Below are positions 18,841 through 29,429 of a stretch of 64,000 bases of DNA, piece by piece (position 1 is the first letter of the stretch; each line of letters begins with the position of its first letter). Source of the DNA: Thainema sp. (lineage in GTDB: Bacteria; Cyanobacteriota; Cyanobacteriia; Phormidesmidales; Phormidesmidaceae); NCBI GenBank assembly GCA_052168235.1, contig JBQLZK010000015.1, positions 32,001 through 96,000 on the forward strand, read 5' to 3'. A model generated the notes under the pieces. That model had not been told where the DNA came from. It made no database searches and saw nothing but the letters and a program-made list of their open reading frames with translations. The position numbers and the translations under genes are program-made.

Positions 18841-19895
18841 TTCGACATCGATATCAACAACTCACTGTGACGCTGACGGCAGCTTTACTCCTGAGCGCCA
18901 GCATGGGAAAGGCCGTCTATGCCCAGGCTACACCTCCCTTTAATCCCAACGCCGATAGCCCAGTCGATGACCTTGACTTAGAGGATATCGATACCGGGGA
19001 TGGAGAATTGAATGACATAGAAGAGGCAGCGGCGGATATTGAAACTGTGACTCGCGATGTGGATACCGCTATTCAGGATCAGCTCAGCAACATTGGGAGC
19101 ACCATTGAGGAGACGACGGGCGACCTCCTGGACGAAAACGGCACGATTGGCGAGGTAAAAGATACGCTTGACGCCGTGGGAGCAGTACAGGATGCTTTTG
19201 CCTCGCTAGAACAAACGATTACGTCCATTTTCGATATCAACCGATTATTTGACCTACTCAACCTCGACCTGCTCGATATGGTTGAAGATCCCCTCGGCGG
19301 TCTTGCCAATTCTGGCAGTGGCAAGAAGGGCAGCAATACCATCGAAATTTCCACTGGCGCACTGGGTTTACCCGACCCCAAACAGATTGAGCAGGAAATT
19401 GAAAATGCTCAACCCTCCGCATTTGAAGAGGTCGCAGCCACCAAAACCGGCGGCAGCGGCTCACCAGTCATCAAGCGCGACCTCGTTACCCAATTCGACC
19501 GACAGATGACTGATGAAGTGGCTGATCAGACAGCCCTCACCCAGGCTGGGCAGCAAAAGCTTCGAGAGAATGCCGAAGCCGCCAAGGTCGCGCTCAAGAC
19601 CTCTCAAGAGTTAGCCACTGACTCTGAAGAACAGGATGTTTCTCAGAACATTCTGCGAAATCTGAGTGCACAACTGGCAGCGCAGCAGCAAACCAGCACC
19701 CTCGACAGCGTGGGACACCAACTCCGAGCACGGGATGATGCACTGAGAAATAAGATGCTCGTCGATGCAGTTAGAGAGCTACAAGGCGACCGGATTCAAG
19801 ACCGGCGGGAAACCGCAGCGGCTTACTCCAGAAGCATTGTCCAGGGCGGTCAGATCATCATGCCAGGAGTGGGCATCAATCCAGGAGGAGTGTAA
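18837..19895 (+). CDS. secreted T4SS component (VirB5/TrbJ-like position)
   Basis: Signal peptide, helical Q-rich C-terminus, ATGA overlap with virB4. Confidence 0.55.
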   Translation: MIRHRYQQLTVTLTAALLLSASMGKAVYAQATPPFNPNADSPVDDLDLEDIDTGDGELNDIEEAAADIETVTRDVDTAIQDQLSNIGSTIEETTGDLLDENGTIGEVKDTLDAVGAVQDAFASLEQTITSIFDINRLFDLLNLDLLDMVEDPLGGLANSGSGKKGSNTIEISTGALGLPDPKQIEQEIENAQPSAFEEVAATKTGGSGSPVIKRDLVTQFDRQMTDEVADQTALTQAGQQKLRENAEAAKVALKTSQELATDSEEQDVSQNILRNLSAQLAAQQQTSTLDSVGHQLRARDDALRNKMLVDAVRELQGDRIQDRRETAAAYSRSIVQGGQIIMPGVGINPGGV

Positions 19896-19898
19896 CCC

Positions 19899-21053
19899 AT
19901 GAGTGAGCTAACCCACGCTCTGATCCTGGCTCAGCAGGGATCGGAAGCTGCCGCCGATGTCATTCAGGGAGCACTCCAATTAAGCGAGGACACGATCGCG
20001 TCCTGGAATGAAACCTGGATTGATCTGATCCGAGCCGATTCCCCGTTCTGGCAAACCATTGTGCAGTTTTCTCGGGGCATCCTGGCGCTCTGCTTCCTGT
20101 ATATGTTCGTTCGCTTTGGCAACGAGATTATGAAATCGCGCTATCTCGGTACAGTGGTCGAACTTTTTACCTTTCCGCTAGTGGTGCTGCTGTTTCTGGG
20201 CAACAACGGCAGACTTTTATCGGAGTCAGTTTTAGTGCTCCGGGCCGTAGGTTATCGCCTGACAACTGGACTTCTCTCTCAGCAAATTGTGGGATATACC
20301 CTTCAGGATGCTATCACCCAGTTTGGACTCAATAACCTAGGCATTCAGCGTATCAAGCAGATTTATAGCGAATGTGAGGGATTAACGGGTGATCCTTTTC
20401 TGGAGTGTTGGGACAGTAAGGCGGAAGAGGTGCAAGCCATCTATCAAGCTTTAGAAGCCCAAAACGGCAATATTAGTTTCGGTCCGCTGGAAGCGTTTGC
20501 CGAATCGGCGATTAACCGAACCGGCATCTCTGCCATCGGTGATTTAGTTGAGGTTGGCACTGGCACACTTCAAGGGGACTTCAGCGGGGCTTTTGCTAGC
20601 GTGCTGCAGGATCGGCTACTACCCATTATTCAGACAATCTTGTACGGACTTCAGTGGGCCTTTGTCAACATCGTGGAAGCGGCCTTACTGATTGCAGCGG
20701 TACTCGCTCCGATCGCGCTGGCACTTTCTATTTTGCCTGTCGCTGGTCGGCCCATCTGGGCCTGGCTCTCAGGCTTCGTCGGCCTGATTGGTCTTCAGAT
20801 TGGCTACAACCTGCTCGTTGGCATTGTCGCGGCAGTGTTAGCCAATACGCAGGGCGGAGCACTGGAAGTTTCCCAAAATCTAGGGTTCCTACTCTTTATC
20901 TCAATATTTGCGCCCGGTCTAGTCACCGCATTGGCTACCTGGAGTGCCACGTCCTTGTTCTCAGCAATTAGTCGTCGGGCCAACAGCATTGCCAGCACCG
21001 TTACAGGGGGGCTTTCGACCGCCGCAAAATTTGCAGTTCTCAAATCAAAATGA
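19899..21053 (+). CDS. VirB6-like polytopic membrane protein
   Basis: Many TM segments, VLAPIALALSILP motif, position in the operon. Confidence 0.7.
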   Translation: MSELTHALILAQQGSEAAADVIQGALQLSEDTIASWNETWIDLIRADSPFWQTIVQFSRGILALCFLYMFVRFGNEIMKSRYLGTVVELFTFPLVVLLFLGNNGRLLSESVLVLRAVGYRLTTGLLSQQIVGYTLQDAITQFGLNNLGIQRIKQIYSECEGLTGDPFLECWDSKAEEVQAIYQALEAQNGNISFGPLEAFAESAINRTGISAIGDLVEVGTGTLQGDFSGAFASVLQDRLLPIIQTILYGLQWAFVNIVEAALLIAAVLAPIALALSILPVAGRPIWAWLSGFVGLIGLQIGYNLLVGIVAAVLANTQGGALEVSQNLGFLLFISIFAPGLVTALATWSATSLFSAISRRANSIASTVTGGLSTAAKFAVLKSK

Positions 21054-21874
21054 TGCAGCAGTTAAAAGGATTGGTTCGCAACCAGCAGGATGATTCCCAA
21101 TTCACCACCATGCTGGCGGCAGGGAAAGAAACGGAGATGAATGGCACCGATATCTCGGCACCAGAGCAGCCGGTATATCTGCCGATCAAAAGCGAGAATT
21201 CGCTCATCATCGTCATGGGCATACTGGGCATCGGTCTACTCATCAGCGTCTTTGCCAATCTCTTCTTGCTCTTCAACAATCGAGCACTGGCACAACGAGA
21301 CAGCATCTATGTGCAGCAATCAGACGGCACCACGGCCAAAGCAACGGAATTTAATGTTACTCACCGTGAGGCGGAAGTGATTAAGAACACGGCAGTGCGC
21401 TGGATGCAGCTCACATTCGAGTGGGACAACCAGATTCCGGGCTCCAATGCTGAGGATCAGGGCTATGCCATTGAAGGCACTACGCAAAAGATTCCTACAG
21501 AAGTTTATCTAGCGTCGTACCTCATGGATAAAGGGTTTCGACAGGAATTTCTGCGGCTGATGGGTACTGAGAAAATCTCTCCCGGCGTCTTACAGGGACG
21601 CATCAAATCCTCTGTGCGCTTCTTTGCAGTCTCTGATCCTCGCCAGGTCGGTGAGGGGCTTTGGGAAGTGGATATTGTGGCGACGCGTATTGAGCGTGAC
21701 CGAAATCAGGAGGTCGCAGAGATCCCGATGAATCGAACCATCACGATGCAGGCTATTCCGCCCGTCGAGCCGGTGTTTGATGACCTAGAACCCTTGGCCT
21801 GGCGCAAGCAGATGTATGACCTACTGACCAACGGCCTAATCATTGTCAAAGTTGAACCTCTGGAGGTGGATTAG
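21050..21874 (+). CDS. VirB8-like bitopic T4SS protein
   Basis: Single TM followed by a soluble domain (WEVDIVATR, NGLIIVKVE). Confidence 0.6.
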   Translation: MMQQLKGLVRNQQDDSQFTTMLAAGKETEMNGTDISAPEQPVYLPIKSENSLIIVMGILGIGLLISVFANLFLLFNNRALAQRDSIYVQQSDGTTAKATEFNVTHREAEVIKNTAVRWMQLTFEWDNQIPGSNAEDQGYAIEGTTQKIPTEVYLASYLMDKGFRQEFLRLMGTEKISPGVLQGRIKSSVRFFAVSDPRQVGEGLWEVDIVATRIERDRNQEVAEIPMNRTITMQAIPPVEPVFDDLEPLAWRKQMYDLLTNGLIIVKVEPLEVD

Positions 21875-23611
21875 ATGGAGCAACATGATCAAACCCCCAA
21901 TCTGTCCTCTTTCGCAAACAAGGAGACCGAATTCACTGGCAGCCGGATCGAAACGGCTCCGGTTGAACCTGCAACGGCACAAACCGAACACCAGCAAAAC
22001 GGCAGCACAGAGGATGATATTTCCTATGAGGAGCGGGCTCAGTTTGCCGGAGTAGACACCGATTATGATGATGAACTTGTCACAACAGATGAACTGATTG
22101 ATGGCCCCAGCACAGCTAGGGAGAGGGGTGTGGAAAACTCACCCCTCTCCAGACTGGGATTCGTTACGAGTGCGTTGGGCGTGATCGTAATTATGATTTG
22201 GATATTCTCCGGCTTCTTTACTGGAAACAGCCAACAGGCTCAAGAGCAGGATAATGAACGCCCCCTCCCGTCAGAATCCGCTGCTAGCTATGGCGCTGAT
22301 GACCAGATGCGGGCAGAGCTGGCCCTAGTTGAGCAGGAGCGATCGCAACCTCAGCAACGGTTAGCAGAAACACCGCAACAGCCCACACCAGAAGCAGAGG
22401 AATCCTCGCCAGAGGAATCTGAGCCACCTCCTACGACACCAACACGAGTTGTGCGATCGCAACCAACACCCGCACCAACACCTGCACCCGCTCGGCCTAT
22501 TGCCTCTCCGCCCAGAGAACGAGCGGTAGCATCACCAACCCTGAGCTCGTCACGGCCATCCGAAGACACGGTCGATCCACTGGAGCGATGGACACGACTA
22601 TCGACCGCTGGAGCATCGGGCGCGGAAGTGGCTCTGGGATCGGAACCTGCAATCGACGCATCAGAAGCAAATCGGACTCAGGCAACACTAAACAGATTAG
22701 AGGCTGAACAACAATCCGCATCCTTATCACTTCCAACAGATACGATAGGCGACGCCCCAATTCCATTACCAATCGGTGGAGACACTAGAGAGAATACGCC
22801 TACCCTTCGAATGGTCAGCCAGCAGCAACAAAACCCTAATCGAGATGTGCTAATTTCCTCGTCGACACCGGGAGCACAAGGCATTATCCAGCAGCGTCCG
22901 GTCACAGCAGCGGAGGAAGATGGGACAGATACGACAGAAATAACTCGCCGTCATCAAGTGGCCATCGGTACTTCAACGACAGGAGAGGTTATCGTTCCGG
23001 TAGTTTATGCTGGCGGAGAACTGTCTGCTCAAGGGCGATTTGCGATTGAGCTATCAGAACCACTGATGGATATTAACGGCCAAGTTGCCCTTGAAGCAGG
23101 CACAGTACTGATTACTCAGCTCACGGAGATTTTAGACGCCAACATTTTACGGCAGCAGGTGGTGGCGGTTATATATCGAGATGCCAAGGATCAAGTCAGA
23201 CAGGAAACTGTTGAGCCAGGCGTACTGATGGTTCGCGGGAAGGATAATAGGCCCCTTGTGGCCCAGGTCAAAAATGACGATGGTAGCCGCGATTTTGGGG
23301 AGGATCTGCTAGTCGGTACGCTATCGGCACTTGGCAATATTGGGGCGGTATTGAACGCGCCTGATGCCGTTACCACCGCCACCTCAGAAACTGGAGAGAA
23401 TACGACAACCAGTACAAGCACAACTGTCACGAGTGGTCAGGATGATAATGTGGTCGCCGCTGCGTTAGACGGCTTTTTCACACCAGTGAGTGAGCGGGTG
23501 ATAAACCACATTGAGGGGCAAAACCAAACGTCATCCTCTCCCTACCTATTTGTTCCAGAAGGACAAGAGGTTTCAATTTTTGCGAACGGACTGCTGGAGG
23601 TGATTCGATAA
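21875..23611 (+). CDS. TrbI/VirB10-like protein
   Basis: TM, Pro-rich linker, C-terminal beta domain (VAIGT..GEVIVPVV, VPEGQEVSIFAN). Confidence 0.75.
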   Translation: MEQHDQTPNLSSFANKETEFTGSRIETAPVEPATAQTEHQQNGSTEDDISYEERAQFAGVDTDYDDELVTTDELIDGPSTARERGVENSPLSRLGFVTSALGVIVIMIWIFSGFFTGNSQQAQEQDNERPLPSESAASYGADDQMRAELALVEQERSQPQQRLAETPQQPTPEAEESSPEESEPPPTTPTRVVRSQPTPAPTPAPARPIASPPRERAVASPTLSSSRPSEDTVDPLERWTRLSTAGASGAEVALGSEPAIDASEANRTQATLNRLEAEQQSASLSLPTDTIGDAPIPLPIGGDTRENTPTLRMVSQQQQNPNRDVLISSSTPGAQGIIQQRPVTAAEEDGTDTTEITRRHQVAIGTSTTGEVIVPVVYAGGELSAQGRFAIELSEPLMDINGQVALEAGTVLITQLTEILDANILRQQVVAVIYRDAKDQVRQETVEPGVLMVRGKDNRPLVAQVKNDDGSRDFGEDLLVGTLSALGNIGAVLNAPDAVTTATSETGENTTTSTSTTVTSGQDDNVVAAALDGFFTPVSERVINHIEGQNQTSSSPYLFVPEGQEVSIFANGLLEVIR

Positions 23612-24459
23612 TGCGTGCCTTTCAATTCATTCCCTGGCTGCTCCTAAGCGGCATCGTTTTGACAGCGACTGGTAGCAAAGCTCAAGCTCAGCAATTGGGT
23701 TCTCTACCGGATATCCCCATACCCAATCCGAGCGAAGCCATCCCAGCCACCAGCGTCGTGTCGCAAGAACAAGCCAGGAATTACGCCTCGCCAGTGATGC
23801 TCTATCCCGGTCGCAACAGTGTGATTGACTTCTCTAGCACGGGCGAAGTGATCACTTACATACAGCTCAGCGACCTATCTCGGATTGTCTATGATACCAA
23901 TGCTCCGATCGATAGTGGAGCTGCTCGCACAATCATTCTGCGCCCAATTCAGGCTCTCCACATCGACGGAACGTATACTGCGGCCATTCCCAATCTAGTC
24001 GTAACGACTGTGGATGCAGCGGGCAAGACCTACACGTATCTGTTTGACCTCTACCGAAGCCCAGATCGCTTTCCTGAGCAAAATGAATCGAGCGGCATTG
24101 CGATCGCACCATCTGTAGAGATTAGAGAGATACAAGTCCTCAATGCAGAAACTATTCAACCCAACGTATTTAGCACTGAGGCAGGTGAAGCCACCCTAGA
24201 GGATATTGAGCAGGGATTGACCGTTGCTATTGCAGAGAACTATACGCCATCCGATGATCCGATTGTCTTTGCAGTGCGGCAGGCCATTGCGATGGCCCGC
24301 AATGGCCTGCCACTGAGAACCGCAGCTCATCAGCTCCAGATCAATATGGCGGTTCTGTCATCTTTAGGAGAACTCGGTATTGAGGCCAATATTGAGGACG
24401 CGGCTGACGAGGTGCCAGAGTCTCAACCCTTAAATAGCAGGTGGAAGTCGAGGATCTAA
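23611..24459 (+). CDS. secreted T4SS core component (VirB9-like)
   Basis: Signal peptide, beta-rich domain (IDFSSTGEVITYIQLSDLSRI), TAATG overlap. Confidence 0.55.
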   Translation: MRAFQFIPWLLLSGIVLTATGSKAQAQQLGSLPDIPIPNPSEAIPATSVVSQEQARNYASPVMLYPGRNSVIDFSSTGEVITYIQLSDLSRIVYDTNAPIDSGAARTIILRPIQALHIDGTYTAAIPNLVVTTVDAAGKTYTYLFDLYRSPDRFPEQNESSGIAIAPSVEIREIQVLNAETIQPNVFSTEAGEATLEDIEQGLTVAIAENYTPSDDPIVFAVRQAIAMARNGLPLRTAAHQLQINMAVLSSLGELGIEANIEDAADEVPESQPLNSRWKSRI

Positions 24460-24463
24460 TTTG

Positions 24464-26263
24464 ATGCTATTGGCCAATGCATTTACCGAGCCCTTGATCG
24501 AAGCGTGGCAGGTGATTACCGATATCCTCTGGTCGCCTCGGGGACTGCTGATGATGGGGCTGGTGATTGGGGTTTATATTCTGACTGCGCTGACTCCTCG
24601 TAAGACTCACCTCACGTCTGGACGGTTTGCGGGACGAGGAGACAAATTGAAAGCGAGCAACACAGCCTACCGACAGCTCAAAAATGATGATGTGGATGAC
24701 GTCGTGCTCTGGTGTGGATCACCGCCCAACTGGTTACACAATGGCTGGATGGCAGGGCTAGCAACAACCATCACTGGACAACCACCCACGGTCTATGTTC
24801 CAGAGGCAAATCGCAGTTCAGTGGTCATTGGCAAGGCCGGATCAGGCAAGACGTTTTCAGTGATTGATCCAATGGTTGCTTCGGCGGTGGAGCAAGGCCA
24901 TCCCATTCTGCTCTACGACTACAAAGCGGATGAATATGGCAAAGGAGGACAGCTCAGCTATCTGGCCACTTTGGCCGCTCGGTATCAGTACAATGTCCAG
25001 GTCTTTGCACCGGGAAGGCCCTATAGCTGCATCATCAATCCTTTGGATTTCGTAAAAGATGCCAACGACAGCACAACCGCTGGGGTACTAGCCGAGGTAT
25101 TTCACCGCAATCTGACTCGTGGGGGCGGTAAAGCGGATGCGTTCTTTGGACCTGCGGGGCAGCGCCTGATTCAAGCCTTGCTTCAGTTTGCTAAGTCTAC
25201 TCAGTATCCCGATTTGGCGATGGCGTTCTGCGTCGTGCAGTTGCCCAACTTAGTCAAGCGACTATCCTATGCAGCCAAAGAGGAACGGCTACCTTACTTT
25301 GTTCAGGTCAACTTTGCCCAGTTTATGAGCACGGGAGCCAGCGAAAAAACCGCTTCGGGTATTCTCGCTACCGCCAGCGATGTCCTGACCCGATTTATGT
25401 CACCCGATCTCTTGCGATCGCTGCTGGGCAGTACCAACGTTTCAGCCATCCTCGAACGTCGGGAAATCTTGGTCTTCCAGTCTGACATTTTCCGGCAAGA
25501 TGTGATTAATCCGCTGTTAGCTGCCATCATCAATGTGGTCGTGAATCTCAATTGTTCTATACAGCGCCAGGCTCCGTTGATTTTCAGTGCGGATGAGTTT
25601 CCGACTATCTACATGCCTCAAGCTCCAAGCTGGCCCAATCAACATCGCTCTAAGGGCTTCACGGGCATCTTTGGCTTCCAGTCCTTTCCGCAGATTATTG
25701 AAACCTATGGGCAAGAGCAAGCCAAGGCACTCTTATCAGCCTGTAGTACCCGCTTCTGGTTTAATCCAGGGGATGTCCAAACTGCCCAGCGATACAGCGA
25801 TGAGATGGGGGAAACAGAAGTCACCTACCGAACCCGCTCCTATAGTCGCAGTCGAGGAGATGATTGGGGACGCAATCGCTCTGTATCGGAGCAGATCCGC
25901 ACCAAGAAGCTCATCACGCCAGATGAGGTCATGCGATTTGGAGTCGGGGAATGCCTCTACATCAATCCGGCTTACAACCAGTGGCCAATCCACTACGACC
26001 GGATTCCGATTCCTAAAACCGACATCCAGCTCAAGAAAGAGTGCGAAGGGCTGTGGGAGACCATCCGCGATCGCATGATTCGACGAGAGCAGAACCGCAG
26101 ACCTAATCTCAATATGGAGGAACAAATTCGTATCCGGCTTCAGGAGGCAGATCGGTTACTGCCCATGCCGCCAGAGGACGAAGAGGTTGATAGCTACAGC
26201 ACAGGACAACCAACGCAACCAACAACTGGCGTCATCAATCTGCCCGATGGGCAAGAGTTCTAG
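24464..26263 (+). CDS. virD4: type IV coupling protein
   Basis: N-terminal TM, Walker A GKAGSGKT, YDYK, Walker B SADEFPT, GFQSFPQI..YG. Confidence 0.9.
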   Translation: MLLANAFTEPLIEAWQVITDILWSPRGLLMMGLVIGVYILTALTPRKTHLTSGRFAGRGDKLKASNTAYRQLKNDDVDDVVLWCGSPPNWLHNGWMAGLATTITGQPPTVYVPEANRSSVVIGKAGSGKTFSVIDPMVASAVEQGHPILLYDYKADEYGKGGQLSYLATLAARYQYNVQVFAPGRPYSCIINPLDFVKDANDSTTAGVLAEVFHRNLTRGGGKADAFFGPAGQRLIQALLQFAKSTQYPDLAMAFCVVQLPNLVKRLSYAAKEERLPYFVQVNFAQFMSTGASEKTASGILATASDVLTRFMSPDLLRSLLGSTNVSAILERREILVFQSDIFRQDVINPLLAAIINVVVNLNCSIQRQAPLIFSADEFPTIYMPQAPSWPNQHRSKGFTGIFGFQSFPQIIETYGQEQAKALLSACSTRFWFNPGDVQTAQRYSDEMGETEVTYRTRSYSRSRGDDWGRNRSVSEQIRTKKLITPDEVMRFGVGECLYINPAYNQWPIHYDRIPIPKTDIQLKKECEGLWETIRDRMIRREQNRRPNLNMEEQIRIRLQEADRLLPMPPEDEEVDSYSTGQPTQPTTGVINLPDGQEF

Positions 26264-26267
26264 CTAG

Positions 26268-27356
26268 CTAGTCCTGTTCCTGCAGAGCCTCAATGAGTTC
26301 ATTCGCTAATGCCTGCAAGCGTTGAAACTTCTTCTTCAGCTTTGAATCTGCTTGAATACGATTCCATGCAGTCTTACTATAAAGCTGTTGAGCAGAGCGA
26401 CGAAACTCCTGTGGGGGATCTATATCAGCGCCACAACTATCATCAAAGTTAGCCTGCTTTAGCTCTTTAACACGCTCTAGTAGCGCACGTTTAGCCAGAC
26501 CCGCCTCGGCTTCTCGCAGCAAGTCAGCCTGAACGTCTGATGGCAAATTAGAGCGGCGAATCACATCTGCTTTAGAAAAAGCGACTCGCCCTTCTCGAAC
26601 CGCATCTAACAACTGCTCAGGCATCTTTTGCACAGCAATCAGTCGATTGGTCACGAAACTTTCCAGTGTTAGACCAAATTGGGTAAAGATTCGATCCAGT
26701 TGTGAGAGCACATCTAAGGTTATTATTCCGGAATAATAGTCACTCATTTCCTCGACAACTTGTTCATCATCCAGACGACGAGCGCGGCGCAGATTTTTAA
26801 TGCGAATCAGAGCCTGAGACAGGCTTTCGGTGTCTAGCTTAAACTTAAGGCCGATTAGCGCAATGATACTATCTGTCTCTTCAACAAGATTTAGGTTCTC
26901 GCGAATCAGGTTAGAGATCAGCGCAATTTCAAGTGCCTGTTCATCATTGAGGTCACTTTCAATCGCGGGTAATGTCTCTAACTTCAGGCTTTTACCACAT
27001 CGCCAGCGGCTTTCACCCGAGACGATTTCAAGCTTACCGTCCGCTCCACGTCGCACCAGCAACGGTTCTCTGACACCCACTTTGGCAATAGATCGTTGTA
27101 GCTTTTCAAGTGCAGCCGGATCAAAATATTTACGCGGCTGAGTTAACCCATCGCCCAGTCGGAGGGGAACAAAATCCTGAATGGGATAATGTGGAACTCC
27201 GCCTGCAGAGGAAGGAGCGTTTTGCAGATCTTCAAGCTGCTGTCGAAGCTGAGCGATCTCTTCATCACGCTGCTGAAGCTGCCCCATCTGGGCAACCCCG
27301 ACCTGTTGAAACTTTTGCAAAATTGGCTGCTGAGTTGCCTGACGTTTTTGTGCCAT
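26268..27356 (-). CDS. parB: ParB partition protein
   Basis: QPRKYFD, PLLVR, IVSGESRWR (GxRR-like), ALISNLIRENLN. Confidence 0.9.
   Translation of the reverse strand: MAQKRQATQQPILQKFQQVGVAQMGQLQQRDEEIAQLRQQLEDLQNAPSSAGGVPHYPIQDFVPLRLGDGLTQPRKYFDPAALEKLQRSIAKVGVREPLLVRRGADGKLEIVSGESRWRCGKSLKLETLPAIESDLNDEQALEIALISNLIRENLNLVEETDSIIALIGLKFKLDTESLSQALIRIKNLRRARRLDDEQVVEEMSDYYSGIITLDVLSQLDRIFTQFGLTLESFVTNRLIAVQKMPEQLLDAVREGRVAFSKADVIRRSNLPSDVQADLLREAEAGLAKRALLERVKELKQANFDDSCGADIDPPQEFRRSAQQLYSKTAWNRIQADSKLKKKFQRLQALANELIEALQEQD
26721..26738. other. parS-like palindrome, copy inside parB
   Basis: TATTATTCCGGAATAATA, perfect 18-bp palindrome identical to 28218-28235. Confidence 0.6.
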
Positions 27357-27373
27357 TGTCTTACCTATACGCT

Positions 27374-28195
27374 CTACCGCACAGCCATGAGGGCTTGGGC
27401 AATTTCTTTGAAGTTCTGATTTGCTTTATGGCTGGGTCGATGGGCCCGCAGGGGCAGCCCAGCAGCAGCGGCATTGCTCACTTCAGCAGAATCCTTGATG
27501 TAGTTAAAGCAATGCACTCCAATCTGGCTTAACAAAGCCGGTAAGGTAGGAAAGCCATCCTCAGTAGGCTTCTCAGTCAAACCTAAATTATCTCGATGTA
27601 ACGCTCGATCCTGGACTCGATTCGGGACAACACCCAGAATTCTGGGAGCCGGACGAAGCCTAAGTTTATCGGACTTTTCCATCACCCAAGCTAGCAATGT
27701 TGCCGCGCTCATCATGTCTTTGGAGTCGGGTTGAATGGGAATGACAACGAAGTTGGCAGCCGTAAGTGCCATTTTATGGGCTAGATCGATCGTTCCAGGA
27801 CAGTCAAAGATCAGATAATCATGGGGAAGGGGATAATCTTCCAACCGATCCTTCAAGATTTCCGTTTTTCGATCAGCCGTCGAAAGCCGTTCAATCAGCT
27901 CACTCAAGGATTCATCTCCCAGCAGAACTTGCATCCTATCTTTTTGCCAGCAGTTATAGAGAGGCCAATTTCCGTTAAAGTCATCTTCGAGAATGCAGTC
28001 AATTTTTTCATCTGGGCCTGGATTCTCGCCCCCCAAACCAACAAATGCCTTCAGTGATGCGTTGGGGTCAAGTCCGAATAGGCAGACCGAGAAACCTGCC
28101 AAAAAAAGTTCGTAGCCAACATTGACCGCAAGAGTGGTTTTACCTGACCCTCCAGCGTTACTCATCAAAGCGACTCGGATCTGATTTTCATTCAT
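27374..28195 (-). CDS. parA: ParA partition ATPase
   Basis: SNAGGSGKTT, LDPNASL, IFDCPG; directly upstream of parB. Confidence 0.9.
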   Translation of the reverse strand: MNENQIRVALMSNAGGSGKTTLAVNVGYELFLAGFSVCLFGLDPNASLKAFVGLGGENPGPDEKIDCILEDDFNGNWPLYNCWQKDRMQVLLGDESLSELIERLSTADRKTEILKDRLEDYPLPHDYLIFDCPGTIDLAHKMALTAANFVVIPIQPDSKDMMSAATLLAWVMEKSDKLRLRPAPRILGVVPNRVQDRALHRDNLGLTEKPTEDGFPTLPALLSQIGVHCFNYIKDSAEVSNAAAAGLPLRAHRPSHKANQNFKEIAQALMAVR

Positions 28196-28217
28196 ATTTT
28201 TGTCGTCGAGACTCGCT

Positions 28218-28235
28218 TATTATTCCGGAATAATA
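28218..28235. promoter_or_regulatory. parS/operator-like palindrome upstream of parA
   Basis: TATTATTCCGGAATAATA, 22 bp before the parA ATG. Confidence 0.6.
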
Positions 28236-28346
28236 GGTACGCTCATCCAAATAGATGTCCCAATAGTACGGCAAAACATCGAAATTGGAACAGCAGCTTA
28301 GCGCCCTTATCAACCATACGGATAAATTGATTGGAGCTGAACAGGC

Positions 28347-29429
28347 TCAATCAATGGTCTCAGTCGTATTAGTAGAAATCTGAGCTTCAATCTCTTGAAT
28401 GGCGGTCTCCAATTCCACTTCCAACTGTTCTGCTGAAGGAAGCCGATCTCGCAATGTGGGTGGCAGTTCTTCCCGTAGTTTATAGGTCGAAACACCGATA
28501 GGATTTTGGACCGTTTCCAGCGCAAATTCTACCACTGTTCGCTTTTTGGAGCGACAGAGAACAATTCCAATCGTGGGATCATCGCGTTCGTCTCGCAGTA
28601 ATCGGTTCACTGCAGTGACATAGAAGTTCATCTTGCCAGCATATTCCGGTTTAAATTCTGTCATCTTCAGGTCAATCACGACATAGCAGTGCAGCTTCAG
28701 ATGATAGAGCAACAAGTCAATGAAATACTCGTCGCCCTCCACATCAAGACGATACTGGCTACCGACAAATGCAAACCCAACACCCAGCTCTAGCAAGAAA
28801 TCACGTATCCGCTCAACTAAAGCACGCTCCAAGTCCCGTTCTTGAGCGGCTGCATCCAAAGTTAAGAACGAAAAATTGTAGGGGTCTCTTAGGATCTGGC
28901 GGCTGAGGTCGGAGCGCTCAGGTGGCAAAGTTCGCTCAAAATTGGTAATGGCTTCGCCTTGGCGCTCATACAGTCCCGTCTCGATCTGCATCTCCAAAAT
29001 ATTGCGGCTCCAGCCATTTTGGAGCGTTTGCTGAACATACCACAATCGCGCCTGCGGGTCTTTGACCTGATCGAGCAGACGAACATTGTGCCCCCAGGGA
29101 ATTTGTGCAACAAGCTGTTGCACAATTTGTTCGTCCGGATACGCTTCAGCAAATGCCCGCATATATTTCAGGTTGCGAGGGGAAAACCCTTTCATATCGG
29201 GAAACTCTCGCTTCAGATCCTTAGCCAGACGGTCAATGACTTTGCTTCCCCAACTCTGTTGTTGCTGCCGTTGGAGGATATCCTGACCAATGTGCCAGTA
29301 GAGCAACACAAGCTCGCGATTGACAGCCAGCGCGGCTTTGATCTGCGCCTGACGGATGCGCGTCTTCAGGTCACTCAAAAAGGCAGCGTAATTTTCTTCT
29401 TCAGGAAACAGAGAGGGAGAGGTTGGCAT
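28347..29429 (-). CDS. DUF1016/YhcG-family PD-(D/E)XK nuclease
   Basis: VNRELVLLYWHIG, GFSPRNLKYMRAFA, RDPYNFSFL, FIDLLLYH..YVVIDLK..FKPEYAGKMNFY. Confidence 0.92.
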   Translation of the reverse strand: MPTSPSLFPEEENYAAFLSDLKTRIRQAQIKAALAVNRELVLLYWHIGQDILQRQQQQSWGSKVIDRLAKDLKREFPDMKGFSPRNLKYMRAFAEAYPDEQIVQQLVAQIPWGHNVRLLDQVKDPQARLWYVQQTLQNGWSRNILEMQIETGLYERQGEAITNFERTLPPERSDLSRQILRDPYNFSFLTLDAAAQERDLERALVERIRDFLLELGVGFAFVGSQYRLDVEGDEYFIDLLLYHLKLHCYVVIDLKMTEFKPEYAGKMNFYVTAVNRLLRDERDDPTIGIVLCRSKKRTVVEFALETVQNPIGVSTYKLREELPPTLRDRLPSAEQLEVELETAIQEIEAQISTNTTETID

